Shown here piece by piece: positions 25,070-37,439 of a stretch of 64,000 bases of DNA. The stretch is from the NCBI RefSeq assembly GCF_009834535.1, contig NC_045697.1:81532001-81596000 (forward strand). Direction: 5' to 3'. The notes beneath the pieces are model-generated. The model searched no databases. It saw nothing but the letters and a program-made list of their open reading frames with translations, and was not told the origin of the DNA. A program made the translations under genes and the position numbers. The DNA is from Camelus ferus. Its lineage: Eukaryota. The stretch's first letter is position 1. The number at the start of each line of letters is the position of its first letter.

Positions 25070-25548
25070 TGATGGAAGATAATTCTCCATGAGTCTCTCT
25101 CTGTGTTTCTGTTCTTCTAAGCAAAGTCTTTTTCTCTGGAATATCTTTTCAAGGATCACTGTATAGCAGGCATTTTAGTAGGATAGCGAATAGTATCTCT
25201 CTCCAGACAGAAGGCAGATTTGTTTCCTGACCAAACTAATAAAAACAATGTCTCCTTCCTGGACATTGATTGGCACATTTGTTAGCAGCCCATCTACACA
25301 ACTGGGAGGTTTCCTTAGCTCGAAGTTACTCAGCTGTGATGTAAACTCATTGTGTGTACAGAATCCACCTGGGCTCCTCCACATCATCCCCATGGAACTT
25401 AGGGGTTAGGGCAGCCAGTGAAAACATAAAGCTCATGCCGCCTGGTGTTCTGAGTAGAAGTCCTTCTTAGACCAAAACACATGAGACTGGGCAGCAAAAT
25501 TGTTAGCTTGCAAGTAGGCAAACCTCATACCCTTAATAGACCTTGATA
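25070..25548 (+). mobile_element. 3' LTR of the same provirus, LTR40-like
   Basis: TGATGGAAGATAATTCTCCATGAGTCTCT..TATCTTTTCAAGGAT..AATAAAAACAATGTCTCC..TTGTTAGCTTGCAAGTAGGCAAACCTCATACCCTT..CTTGATA. Confidence 0.8.
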
Positions 25549-26647
25549 TCCACATTTACTTCTCTGTCATCTAAAGGAAACAAGTCTAGAACCAGGGTCT
25601 CTCATTTCCCAATAGTGCATTCTTCATGTACAACCATGACTTTTGTTATTACCCCTAAAGTGCCCAATGAGAATATATACTCCACATGTATTTTTACAGA
25701 ATAAAAAGTATTCCATGCATCCTCATTTCTAATGTTTACTTAAGGATAATTTTTTTCAATGAATAGCAACATCTGGAGTTTCACTGAAATTATGTTTTCC
25801 TGCAAGAAGAGCTCACCACATTGGAGCTGATCTTAAACTTGGGAAGCTTATTTTTCTATTTCAAATTTAAACTGAGAAATTAATCAGCAACAACAGGGCT
25901 GTAGGGGAAAACAGCATGCTGAAGTGAAAGTAGTTTTGGTTCTTTGAATTATAGGGATTTACTTTGTTACAAGATTTATGTACAACCTAAAGCAATGCAC
26001 ATTAAAAAAATATTTCCTGGGTGATTAATCCGCAGTCTTTGGAAAAAGCAATGCAGACTTGAAAGTTTTTGATGAAAACTTTGAAACACTGAGTTTTGGA
26101 TTTATATGTTGGAATTCTAACAGAATTTAAGGTGTAAAATTCTCATAAAAGCTACAATAAAAATATCAATTCTTGAAATTTGCAATACTATATATGTATA
26201 AATATATTTTAATGATTAATTAGAACATTATTGATTTTATGATATAAGATTATGATATTATTACACGTCAACAATCATCATGTAAACATAATAAATGCCT
26301 GCAGAGACTATTCTTGGTGTATATTTATCACATAATTCATATACAAACTTGTTTCTTTATAAAGTATAAGTTAATTCTGAGGAAAATTAACTGAGAATAA
26401 CTTTAATAAAACTAACCTAATAAAATACATTTTTATGTAAAGTCAATCTAAATCAGCTAAGTCTAAATTATAAAATAAGCATAACAGAGCTACAAAACCA
26501 TGTATAAGTATATGTATATATACACACACATATATATATACACACATTAGCCAGTCTAAATTAATTCAGCCAAGTATTGCTTTGAAAGGTCCTTAGACCT
26601 TAGTTAATTTGAAAATCAAGGAAAAAATTGCCTAAGAATATCGTATG

Positions 26648-27240
26648 GAAGTTCCTGTTCAAGATGGCCATGTAGGATGACCATGAACTCACCTCCTCCC
26701 ATGGACACATTGAGTCTACAGCTACATATAGAACAATTTCTTCTTACAAAAACATAAAGACTGGCTGAGTAATGAGTACACACTGAGCAAATGAGAAGGA
26801 AATCACATCAAAGCAGATAGGACATGCTAGAAACAATCTCAACATATACCCGAGCCCTAGTGCAGTGTCCCACAACCAGGAGGGAACTCAAACCCAGAGC
26901 TTCTCCGTGAAGAGTAAAAGCTTCAGACCCACTCCTCAGGCATTTCAGCTTTTAAGACATACACTTGAGAGATAAACCCCCAAAGGATCTAACTTTGAAA
27001 ACCAATGGGGCTCATATCCCAAGACCCACCAGACCCTGGTGATCTTAGAAGCCACTCTTAAAGGGCTTGTGCATTCAGACTCACCTCCTCAGAGGCAACT
27101 GATTGTGCCCAGACTTTAAAGTGAAGGATGTTCACCTGCTTATATTAAATTGTTGACCTGAGAGGCATGGAATCTAATTTAACACACATATCTAGGAACC
27201 CGCTGGCACTCTCTTAGGGATAAAGACTGGCTGGTTACTC
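26648..27240 (+). mobile_element. Orphan L1 5'UTR (L1M2/L1M3-type 5' end)
   Basis: TTCAAGATGGCC (YY1-type start) then GAACTCACCTCCTCCCATGGACAC, AGAGCTTCTCCGTGAAGAG, CTTTGAAAACCAATGGGGCTC; paralogous to 54370-54970. Confidence 0.7.
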
Positions 27241-27289
27241 TTCTAGGTAAACAAGATTTTTGTAAGTTTTTTACCTGTCCTTCCAGGTT

Positions 27290-27780
27290 CCAAGCTGACT
27301 CTCTTGCAATCATTTTACACCAAATCAAGCTTTCAGAAATGCCAATCTGATCATTTCATTCTTCAGCTGCAAATATTTCAATGACTTCTTACTTTTCCCT
27401 GAGAAAAAAGAGAAAAACAACAAAGTATGACTTGAAAAATATCCTGATCAAACTCTATTTATTTTTCCACTCCTTTTACCACTCACTCATGCTCAGAGAC
27501 ACCTGTGTGTTTCACATGTTCCTCACTCTGCCTGGAGTAGCCTTGCAAACTCCAGCCCTGAGCATGGCTAACTTCACTTTACTCACTTTGGATGTCCTCT
27601 CCTCTGTGAAGTGTTCATGGATCAAATAATTTAGTTAGGTACCCCTTTGATAGGCTTTCATGGAATTGTGCAGTTACTTTTATCATGCCATAGAATCTAT
27701 TTCACTTTTCTCTTCTTCATAAATTATGGGCCCCTCAGGTTGCCACATAGCAGGTACTCAGAAGGGTGGATACATGACAA
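27290..27780 (+). mobile_element. L2 LINE 3' fragment
   Basis: AATCTGATCATTTCATTC..TTTCAATGACTTC..TTCCTCACTCTGCCTGGA..CCTCCTCTGTGAAGTGTTC..CACATAGCAGGTACTCA. Confidence 0.6.
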
Positions 27781-28660
27781 TATGTAACTGGCAAAAAAAC
27801 TATAGGTAATAATTCTTACCAGATTGATCCAGCTAATAAAGTAACTGATCTATGCAGACATAGTGAAACATGAACTAAGTGTGGAAGACCCTTCTGGTCT
27901 CCATATCAGTATACATTTACTTTCCTTTATGATCTTGTAGTTACTAGTCAGCAATAAGACCTGATGTTTCACATCATAATTACACCATCTCATCTAATTT
28001 TGTCTGTAATACCCACATTTTGCCAGGTGAATGGCTAGTACTTGGGTAGTATTTCTTACTAAAATAAGAGAGAACCAACAATTAGCCCATATTTTTACCA
28101 AGTAACACTTATGGCTTCATTTAAAAAAATTAAAAATTGAATGAATTTTTGGTGATATTTCTTTAACGTAACAAAGAAAAATAATATCCTTAAAACAAAT
28201 GATTCAATGGTCATGAGAAAAGTTGGAAATCAAGGAATTTTTTTGGTTCTTAAAATTTACCTTGGAAAGGAAGTCATTTTAAGAATACGTAATTAGTGCT
28301 AAAATACCAGTAGGCAAGCACGTTATTCTTGCTGAGTACTATCCAGAACTTACAAGTTAGAGCCCTGCAATGCTAAACTTCCAGTTCCCAAAACTGGCCA
28401 GCAAATAAAACTTGATATAAGCTAATCAGCAAGTATAAGGAAATTGTGGTAAATTATAAAAATATTTGGCATATTGTTACAATGTTTTATTTGGTTAATG
28501 GAGATGTTTTATTTCAAACACAGTACTTAAATCAATACAAACACTGAGCTAATGTACCTGGTTCTTTGTAACATCATAAATGTATTTTCTAAAGTCTTAG
28601 TTTATAATCTCTCTATGGAATAGCACATCAGGTAACTTTAAAAATTATGGTTTTAATTTT

Positions 28661-28707
28661 TTTTAATGGAGATACTGGAGACTACTACTGAGCTATACCC
28701 ACCCCCC
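28661..28707 (-). mobile_element. Internally deleted Vic-1-like SINE (47 bp)
   Basis: Reverse strand GGGGGGTGGGTATAGCTCAGTAGTAG joined to TCTCCAGTATCTCCATTAAAA; 13-bp TSD TGGTTTTAATTTT at 28648-28660 and 28708-28720. Confidence 0.8.
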
Positions 28708-29079
28708 TGGTTTTAATTTTCTGATTGTCAATTTTGAGTAGTGGGTAGAGATTTTTTATGATTTTTAAGATGGAGTCATTTATCGAAATAATGATAATCT
28801 AAGGTTTCACCAACTCCCTTTGATATTTACCTTTGCATATAAGACAAGACACACAGAACATTGAACCATAAGGATATGAGCTAAGTAGATATCTTAGTGT
28901 TAAGGAATTGTTGCCCTCAATTCAGCTTTAAACAAGGGAAGAGTGTCTGCATATATACCCTTCCCTTCCAGATGCTTCTTTTCTTTCTGAGTTCTGGTTC
29001 AACTTAATGTCAGTCATGTGTGACACTGGACTAAAAATATTAGCACAGATGATTTTAACACAGGAACATCATTTGTCAT

Positions 29080-29255
29080 TTAAGAGCATGGCTTCTAGAG
29101 TTAGACCCAAAGGTAAGCCTTAACTGTAGGTCTCTGCAAATTATTTAACCTCTGTAAACTTGAACTTCCTCATCTGTAGAATATTAGTGACAATTACACA
29201 TATCTCATTGATTTGTTGTGAAATTAACGAATTGATGAATGCAAAACATAAAGAA
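29080..29255 (+). mobile_element. MIR SINE
   Basis: TTAAGAGCATGGCTTCTAGAGTTAGAC..CAAATTATTTAACCTCTG..TTCCTCATCTGTAGAAT..TTGTTGTGAAATTAA (MIR core). Confidence 0.75.
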
Positions 29256-30967
29256 AACTTTCAGTGGTGAGTACATTTGGTCATCACCTCTGCCTGTCCC
29301 CACACATTCAGGAGGATGATACTGATTATCTACCTTTCAATTATCCATAAACACGTACCCTTAAACTTCAGGGGCCTCATTTTTTTCAGGGCCTCAATAT
29401 GCAGGTTGAAGTAATGAGTGACAGGAGATCTAGGCCAACTGTAGAGGAACTGCATCGGAAACTGTAATGGAAGGGAAAGGCAGAGGAAGAGAGCCAAGAG
29501 GGAACTGTATGAGTTGGAGAGATTAGTTGGAGAAATCTGGAATGTACACAAGCGAGAGTTTTTGGAAGCAGCCACATTGTGTGCGAGAGTTATTACCAGA
29601 ATAGGAGAGATGGAGAAGGGGAATAATTATATACATTTTACTGAATTGTGGAACTGTGCTCCCATTTAAGTATTTCTTTTAATTTCAAAAAATAAATTAT
29701 CTTACTTTTTGTTGACTATACATTCTTTAAATGAAATACCCACTCAAAGTAAGAAGAAGCTATTCCAACTCTGTGAAGGTTACACATACCTTCACTAGGA
29801 CATCAGTATTTCTGCCTAGGAAATGTCCTAGTTTGAAGATAAATTAGAGAAAATCTACAATTACAATGCACGGCTATATTTCAAGCAACCATATTTCTTT
29901 ATTTGCTCCTCTAAACCTTAGCAATATTGTAACATTGAGAAACTTCCTCTTTATTATCATAAATACCTCATAAAACCATTCTATTTTGCTTAATTAAGGG
30001 TACTTTTACTCTGCAGTTTGGTCTGTAGTGGGTCCCACAATTTAGGGAGCACCCTGGATTTTTCAAGGAAAAGAACACATGAATTCAATCTGAAAATATT
30101 TTCTCACTGAACCAGACATCTTGACTATGCTTATTCTCTGTGTGACAAATATCTCCATGGACTTCAGCACAAGTTTGATTATGATTAAAAGCGCTGTAGG
30201 ATTGTACCTACAAGGACAACATGCTTTTTGGAGTCTAGATGACCTACTACTTATTCCTTCCCTTGTCATAGTTCATGTTCTTAACAGAATTCTCTGTTTC
30301 GACAGTGAAAACAGTAAGAAGTATTTCTGGATGTTACAGTTGCCATTCCAAACTTGAAGGATTAAAGAAATACGTTGCATAAGGAAAGAAAATTTCTTGT
30401 CTTCTCAATACATAGTACCAAAAGGCATCATTTTCAGGAAAAAAGAAGGAAAGGGAATAAATTACTTTTTGAAATTTACAGAATTCATACTTTGGGTCAT
30501 TAGAAACCTACTGTTTTTTCAGTGTTGACAATGTTTTCGAATATAATTATCAGCAACATAAATAAACATCATTCCATCATTAAAACGTCAGATTATTAAG
30601 CTTAAAGACATTTGCATTCTTTCCTAGAGCTTTAAGACTAGAGGGAAACATTGTGCACAGTAAAACATTTATTTAAAAAAATAAAATAGTACTTTCATGT
30701 AGATCAAGTAACAGTAGGTTTGAAAACAAAGTTACAGAACTACCCCAAAATTCTTAGCACACTTTTACACCCTATGCTAACTAATCAGTTTGCTTTGTTA
30801 TTGGAGATGGTACAGCCTCCATTTGTATAAAAGTCTTTGCAAGGCTAACTGCTAATAATGCCATCGGCTTAGCACAGAAAACACTAGCAGTGGATAATAG
30901 AAACCTATGCAGAATCCTCTCAGCAGTTGTAATGCTATGGTCAGTATATATGATCCGGCCACTTTAA

Positions 30968-30998
30968 ACACACACACATACACACACGCACACACACA
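30968..30998. repeat. Imperfect (CA)n microsatellite
   Basis: ACACACACACATACACACACGCACACACACA. Confidence 0.8.
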
Positions 30999-31506
30999 GT
31001 TTAATTTGTGGTTTCTATTAGGTTCTATTACTGGCATGATGGTCCACAGCACTTAAATTAAGTACAGACGTTTTATCACAGCTGAAGAGTAAGAAAATGG
31101 AAGCAATAACAATGAAATGTAGTTCAATTATAAAAATTCAATAGATTCTAAAATATATGTGACCAAAACAAATCACTGAGGAGAATAATTTTAAAATTAC
31201 AACTGGATGTTATACACATTATTTGGCATGCTGCAATAAATATTACAATTATATAAATTCTCACATTAGCAAGAAATTAGCCAAATACTGCATTGCATAT
31301 TATGCATCATATATTACCTGATAGTACAATATTTATCTTTACAATGATTAGAAACCAAATTATTAAAATATTTCTTTGAATAAACAACCAGAGAAGTCTG
31401 ACTTAGATAAAGCACATCTGAGCTTTTCTAGACAAGTTGAGGTCGTAAATTCATTCAGCATTGTTCATCATCTTAAAAATAAAAAGAGCAGAAGTAAACT
31501 ATATTT

Positions 31507-32002
31507 GTGATAGATCCCAAACATGGCCTTATATTTTTCCTGCCCTGTGATCTCCTTGCCTTGTGACCTGCCCTACTGCTCTGAACCAGGGCCTGGCTTT
31601 GCAACTTACTTGAGACAATGTCCTGTTAGCAAATGTGATGGAAGCAGAAACCTGACAATTACTTGCACAGAATGTCTGTCCTCTCTTACAGTTCCTGGGG
31701 CTCCTGCTACCATGAAAATAAGCCCAGTTAGGCTACCAGATGGTGAAAGACACTTGCCTGGTACCACCATCAACCTGGCTGACAATCTGCAAACGGTTCA
31801 CATGAGTGAGGCCATGACGGAGCATCAAACCACCAGATGATAGACTTGTTGACCACAGACGCAAGTGAAGGTCCAGAAGAGATGAGCTGAGCTAGCCCAA
31901 TTCAGAATAATTGCCCAGATAACCTATAAAATTATGACCTAACTAACTGATTGCAGTTCTAAGCCACCTTGTTTTGAAATGCTTTGTTAAACAGCAAAAG
32001 CT
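31507..32002 (+). mobile_element. MaLR solo LTR, MLT1F/G-like
   Basis: GTTAGCAAATGTGATGGAAGCAGA, CATGAGTGAGGCCAT, TAAGCCACCTTGTTTTGAAATGCTTTGTTAAACAGCAAAAGCT. Confidence 0.75.
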
Positions 32003-32179
32003 TCTCACAAGCTAAATATTATATGTTAGGAATTGTTTGTATTATGCAACATGCCTAAAACGGAAGGTTATACAGCAGCTTTAACAATTGCAGAGGTAGA
32101 TCTGTAACTAGCAGGATGGGTTATAATGATAAAACTTAAACACCATTAATTATTTTTTACTTATGATGTTTTTAATGCT

Positions 32180-32360
32180 GTTTTAGTTACTTTACACATA
32201 TTAACATGTTTTATTAACATGTCAACCTGATAAACTAGTATTATTTTTATCTTTCTCATTTTCTATGGGAAGCAATAGAGAACAGATTAGTAGTGAGACA
32301 GGTAACTGATTTGAACTGAGGCAGTCTGGCTTAGACGCTGTACTCCCAACTATTATATTG
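32180..32360 (-). mobile_element. MIR SINE fragment
   Basis: CTTTACACATATTAAC..TATTATTTTTATC..GATTTGAACTGAGGCAGTCTGGCT..CCCAACTATTAT. Confidence 0.55.
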
Positions 32361-32498
32361 CTTCTTGTGACAGATATTCACAATACATTGTAGGATAAAT
32401 AAAAGAGGAAACAAAGTGTTACATAAATTACAATCCACAATTTTGTTTAAAAAATGAACAGTTTGTACAAAGTAGACTAAGATAAGTAAATAACATGA

Positions 32499-33076
32499 AC
32501 ATTAGTTTCCTGTTGCTGTTACAAATTACCGTAAATCAAATGGCTTAAATAACACGAAGTTATTATCTTGCAGTTCTCTAGGTCAGGAATCCAGTACAGG
32601 TCTCAGCCGACTAAAATAAATGTATTGGTAAGCTGTATTTCTTTGTGAAGAAGGTAGGGGAGAATACAGTTCCAGACAATTCATCTTATCGGCAAAATTC
32701 AGTTCACTGAGGTTGCTGGACTAATGTCTTTGTCTTCTTGCTGGCTGTGAACTGAAGATGGTTCCAAGCTTCTAGACACAACTGCATTCTGTCTCGTAGC
32801 CTCTTTCCTGCATTTTCAAAGGCAAGGATACTGGCTTGACAACTTCTCATGTTGCATCTTTCTGACATGCTCTTCTCTTGTTTTCTACTTTTAAGAATTC
32901 ATGTTATTAGATTGGGCCCACCTAGCTAGCTAACCTAGGATAATTTCTTGGTATCAAGGTATTTAACCTTAATCCCATCTGTAAAATCTCTATATTACCA
33001 CCATGTAAGGTAACATAATCATAGTTTCCAGGGATCAGGCAGGGCCTCTTTGTGGATTCTATTATTCTGCCAAACA
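32499..33076 (-). mobile_element. MaLR solo LTR, MLT1D/E-like
   Basis: ATTAGTTTCCTGTTGCTGTTACAAATTACC..TGGCTTAAATAACAC..ATTAGATTGGGCCCACCT..CCATGTAAGGTAACAT..ATTATTCTGCC. Confidence 0.8.
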
Positions 33077-33894
33077 TATCTTTTAAAGATACATGCCCCA
33101 GAGCTGTTGTTCTCTCTGACTGATTTCAGTTTATAGATGAATTTTGTTTGCTTCTTTTGGTTTAACCAAATTCTCTGGTATTTCCATAGGAGAATGTATT
33201 GTAATATTTATACAAAATTATTGGTATTCATTGTGTATTTCCTGAAAAAAATATTTAGGGCATATGTTTCAGTTACCCAAATTTCTGTATCCTTTAAATA
33301 TACATGCTATTATTTGACATTGCTTGTATCTCAGGCTTGATTATTATTTTATTGCTATAGTCAAAATCACTGTGTCATATAGCATAAAATTGGACTTGTT
33401 TTCAAGTCTGTAGTATTTACAGGTTACGTTGTTTTTCTAGTAGTCATATCAAGAATTATTAAGCATTAAAGTTAGGAATTTAAGTTATTCTGAGTTCCTT
33501 TATTAAACTATTATGGTATTATCAGGTTAGCCAAAGTTAATAATCCTTCTTGAACATCGTTTTATTTCCCTCCACACACAAATCTTGAGTTCAGTTAGTT
33601 AATTATCCATTCTCAAGTATTACATAAGTTCTCAGAAAACTAGCATTTTAAAAAGCATTATTACAATTAAGCGTCCATTCATTAAAGTGCGGTTGTGATA
33701 TTGTTGACTTTTTAAGCTCTTATTAACTCATACTCTATGTCTCTCTTTCCCTCTCTCCCTCTCCTTGTTCTTTTCTCCCCTCATCTCCTGTCCTTAAAAT
33801 GTTATCGCTTTCCTTAATACCTTAGCACTTTTAGATTCGTATTTCTAACTCCAGTTCCTTTTGGTTTTTGCTTTCTTTGGGGGCCTTAGATCAC

Positions 33895-34185
33895 ACACTG
33901 TGGGTCTTACTGAACTCCCATACTATTGGCATTCTGTACTCATTACACGTGACAAATAATACATGTAATGGGGTGACAGGAAACACTGACATGCACAATG
34001 CATATATTTCTCCTGCTCACATGCACACTCCATTGTTCCATCATACTTCACTTACAAAACTCAAATTCAAAAATAAAATTAATAAGAATTTCATGATGGT
34101 GACAGCAGAGCACTACATTATGGGTGGTGTCCTTAGCACAGGCCCACATGACAGCACAGCTTGTACATCCATGAAAGCAGCCCTG
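33895..34185 (-). mobile_element. hAT-Tip100 DNA transposon terminal fragment, Zaphod/MER91-like
   Basis: Reverse strand starts CAGGGCTGCTTTCATGGATGTACAAGCTGTGCTGTCATGTGGGCC, then GCTCTGCTGTCACCATCATGAAATTCTT and TTTGTAAGTGAAGT..AATGGAG..GTGAGCAGGAGA. Confidence 0.7.
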
Positions 34186-34189
34186 TCTC

Positions 34190-34300
34190 CCTCCCCCCCA
34201 CCCCATATCACTTTCCCCATTTTCTTACTTGTGCTTCCTGTGATTACCTCCTGGACAAATGACTCACATCCCAAACCTTTACTCATTTTATGTTAAGGAA
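34190..34300 (+). mobile_element. 3' part of an LTR16/LTR33-like LTR (putative 5' LTR remnant)
   Basis: TCACTTTCCCCATTTTCTTACTTGTGCTTCCTGTGATTACCTCC..CATCCCAAACCTTTACTCA, similar to 37240-37340. Confidence 0.5.
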
Positions 34301-35169
34301 ATGATACCAAAACAGCAATAGTAGAGGCAATTATAATGAAATGCTGGAATTAGAGAGCACCAAGAGCCCCACTGCTGGTGACAAATGGGGTCAAACTGCT
34401 AGATCGGTAATGTATGATAAACTGAAGCACCATAGCCACATAGACCCTCGTTTGCAGAGAATAAAATCAGGTGTAAGTAGAAAGGAAAATGTTTCATGCA
34501 ATGGCTCCAGCACTTGAAACATATTGGAGCAACAGTAGCTATAAAGATAGTAAAGTTGGTTACACTTTGTTTACTGACCTAGAAATGGTGAAAAAAAAAA
34601 GAGAGAGAATGACAGGTTTAGGCCAGTCGACGTCAATTCAAGGTACACTATGCAAGTCAGAAACCCTTCATGGCAAAATTTAGAGATACTCATATCTTTA
34701 GTAGCTAAAACTCAAATTTTGCTGAAAATCAAACCCATGTTTTTATTTTGGGAGCTACAGAATTACCAAAGAGTGTTACATTCACAACCACAGAATGTGT
34801 TCACTGAAAAAGTTAATTCCTTAACAAAGAAGGACTGGGAAGCAGAAACCCAGGAAAAGACACAGAATAGAATCACTAGATTAACTTTGAACTTCAGATT
34901 TTTCTGAGTCCTCTGAGCTGGTGAAAATGTGTCCTATGTTTTGCTAAAGAAGCTAAAAGTTACACTGCCTGAAAATCCAGGATGGCCATACCTAAGAAAG
35001 GCAGTACATTAATGATACTTTTCCTCGTGGTCTTTTGCCTCCTGCCTTCATTACCCCTAAATTAATAAGTCAAAGTTTTGTATTAAGTGGGAAATACTGG
35101 CTATATTACGTGAACAAAAAGGTTATTCATTTGCAAGAACTTCATAAACTGGCCAACATGTAACAGTAG

Positions 35170-35428
35170 AAGAATAAATTCTGAAGATGTAATGTATAAC
35201 ATGGTCACTATAGTTAATAATATGGTATTGTATATTTGAAAGTGGCTAAGAATAAACCTTAAGCACTCTCAACCACAAAAACAGTGTTAACTATGTGAGG
35301 TGATGGATGTGTTAATTATTTTGATCTTGGTAATCATTCCACAATTTTTATGTACCAAATCATCACATTATGTACTTTAAATATATACAGTTCTACTTGT
35401 CAATTATTCCTTAAAAAGTTGAAAAAAA
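35170..35428 (+). mobile_element. L1MA8/9-like 3'UTR fragment nested in the ERV
   Basis: AACATGGTCACTATAGTTAATAA..TAACTATGTGAGGTGATGGATGTGTTAATT..TGGTAATCATT..TGTCAATTATTCCTT plus A-run. Confidence 0.85.
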
Positions 35429-35601
35429 TAGCACAAGCCAGGAGATAGCATTAGACTTTGAGTATACTGCATAGAGGAAAGAAAAAAAAAAGATATAAAG
35501 CTGGCTAGCAAGAAAGTATATTGTTACGGGAGTGATATCTATGAATCATCTGATTTGATAAAAATCCTGCAGCCAGTCTTAATATACCACCAAAGTCGTT
35601 C

Positions 35602-36080
35602 TGTATCAGTTTTCCATTGTCATAATAATACTGTAAGAGAGATGACCACAAAACCCAATGACTTAAAAGGATAATAATCATTTCTTCATAAGTTAGTGCA
35701 TTTTTCTGTTCTAGATCTGGCTGAATATATGGCAAATGGATTATCTCAGGCCCATGATATTGGCAGACAGGTGATCTGAATATAGTTGTTCTAGTACTAC
35801 CTTGGTTCATGTTGTCTTTCATCCTCTAGGAGATTAACTTGTACTCATCCGGATGGTGAGACAGAGGTTCAAGAGAAAGACCTGAAATATGTAAGGCTCT
35901 AAGCTAGATACAGGTATACTGTCCCTCCTACTTCATTTTATTGGTCATTGCAAGTTAAAGATCCAGTTGAGATTCAAAGAGTAAGGAAACAGATTCTACC
36001 CTCTTGAGTTGCAAAGTCATATTGCACAGAAATGGGTACTAGAAGGAGTAGATAACTGAACCATTTTTCAAACAGTCTAT
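35602..36080 (-). mobile_element. MaLR solo LTR, MLT1F-H-like, nested in the ERV
   Basis: TGTATCAGTTTTCCATTG..ACCACAAAACCCAATGACTTAAAA..TTTTATTGGTCATTGCAAGT..AGATTCAAAGAGTAAGGAAACAGATTCTACC..TGCAAAGTCATATTGCA. Confidence 0.7.
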
Positions 36081-37127
36081 CTCTTTGAAAGCTTGGAAAG
36101 AGATATAATCCTCACTGCCTTGACAGCAAATTGAAAAAAGGAGTCAGAAGACTCAGAGGGATGTGCGTGATTGGATGGATTTATAATGTGAGAATGAGAA
36201 TCCTATCTGCATCTATTGTGCCAGATATGGTATCTTTAGTAGAATAAATTTACAAAGTCTCCAGCATTTGATGTGCAGTTATTGATCTGGCAAATGTGTT
36301 TTTTCTAGTTCCTACAAGAAAAGATCTTTCGCATGTTCCACTCTTGTTCTGAGAACTGCTCAGATCTGGGAAGGAGGGATCAAAGGGCTACTATGTGTTC
36401 TGAGTGAAGCCCAGAGCAAGAGATAAATCTGCAACAGGTTCAGGTAACCATATAAGGAGTGTAGGCCAACTCTGGCAGGTGGGTAGCAGTGCAGACCACT
36501 AGGATATTAAAGTAAGGTTATGCCTTCTTAGTAAACAGTAATTACTACTGCTCTTTGTCAAGCAGCCTCTAGCATTCTCTTAGACAATAGAAGAGACTCA
36601 GTATCTGAAAATATTGCATCAAGAGATTATGAAATTATTTCTACCCTTCATAAACTGGGTTGTCAGATATACCACTTAATAAGTTTACACAGGCACAGTA
36701 GCAATCCATCACATGATGGAATTTGTTCAGTCGTGACTGAGTCACAGTCACTGAGGAGGTTGGGAGGGTACAAATAAGTTATATGAACAGCACCCAACAT
36801 CAGCTACATTTACTGCACTAACACCTCTCCCTCAGCTAAGAGCTAGTTTCATACAGTCAGCTGATAGAGGAGGGAAATATTGAAGACTAGTTCAAGGATG
36901 AGTCAGTGAAATATATGTGTGATCTGAAAATAGACCACTGCCACAGAAGGAGTAGCATTAAATGATAATGTTGAAGGGAAATACCCCAGGGGAAAGAATT
37001 TCAAACAGTATATGTGGTCATCAGTTTTGCATGGAGGGAGAAATCATCTGAGATAAAGATACACATTAACATTTAGGCAGTGGAAGACATACTGACTAGG
37101 TTAGCAACCTAGAAGGAGCACTTCTCA

Positions 37128-37362
37128 ATTCTTTGGGGGAACAATTCTTAGGCACAGTCCATGTGCTTCCTCAGAATTGTAGGCAGGATTGGTCCCAGCT
37201 GCCGATAGCAGCCACCTATTAATTACTGCATAGTTAATTCTGTCTCATTCATAACTTACTCTCCTTACTCCATCATTTGTATTTTCTGTGATTACCTCTG
37301 ACGACTGCCTGCAACAAGGTCCTGTCTTATGACCTGATATTAAGAAAACCAAAATATTGATA
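37128..37362 (+). mobile_element. 3' half of an LTR16/LTR33-like LTR (3' LTR remnant)
   Basis: GGGGGAACAATTCTTAGGC..GGATTGGTCCCAGCTGCC..CTGTCTCATT..TGTGATTACCTC..TCCTGTCTTATG..AAAACCAAAATATTGATA. Confidence 0.65.
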
Positions 37363-37439
37363 ATTAGTGTCATCATATGACTGTTTGATCTTTCATTTTA
37401 CTATTTCACAAGTTCGAGCTTTTCTTCATATACATGCCA

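Larger units (their letters stand above)
34301..37125 (+). mobile_element. Decayed ERV-L internal region with pol RNase H remnant, interrupted by later insertions
   Basis: 36958-37122 translates with one frameshift to LNDNVEGK..EFQTVYVVISFAWREKSSEIKIHINI*AVEDILTRLAT*KEH, cf. ERV-L LKDSGEGKSSQWAELRAVHLVVHFAWKEKWPDVRLYTDSWAVANGLAGWSGTWKKH. Confidence 0.75.

Noticed and set aside
29340..29620. Possible hAT/MER-type fragment or ORF pair
   Set aside because: Similarity to remembered consensus sequences is too weak and the peptides are uninformative.
33868..34296. Longest ORF in the track (142 aa)
   Set aside because: Runs antisense through a Zaphod/MER91-like fragment into an LTR remnant and has a non-ATG start; chance ORF.
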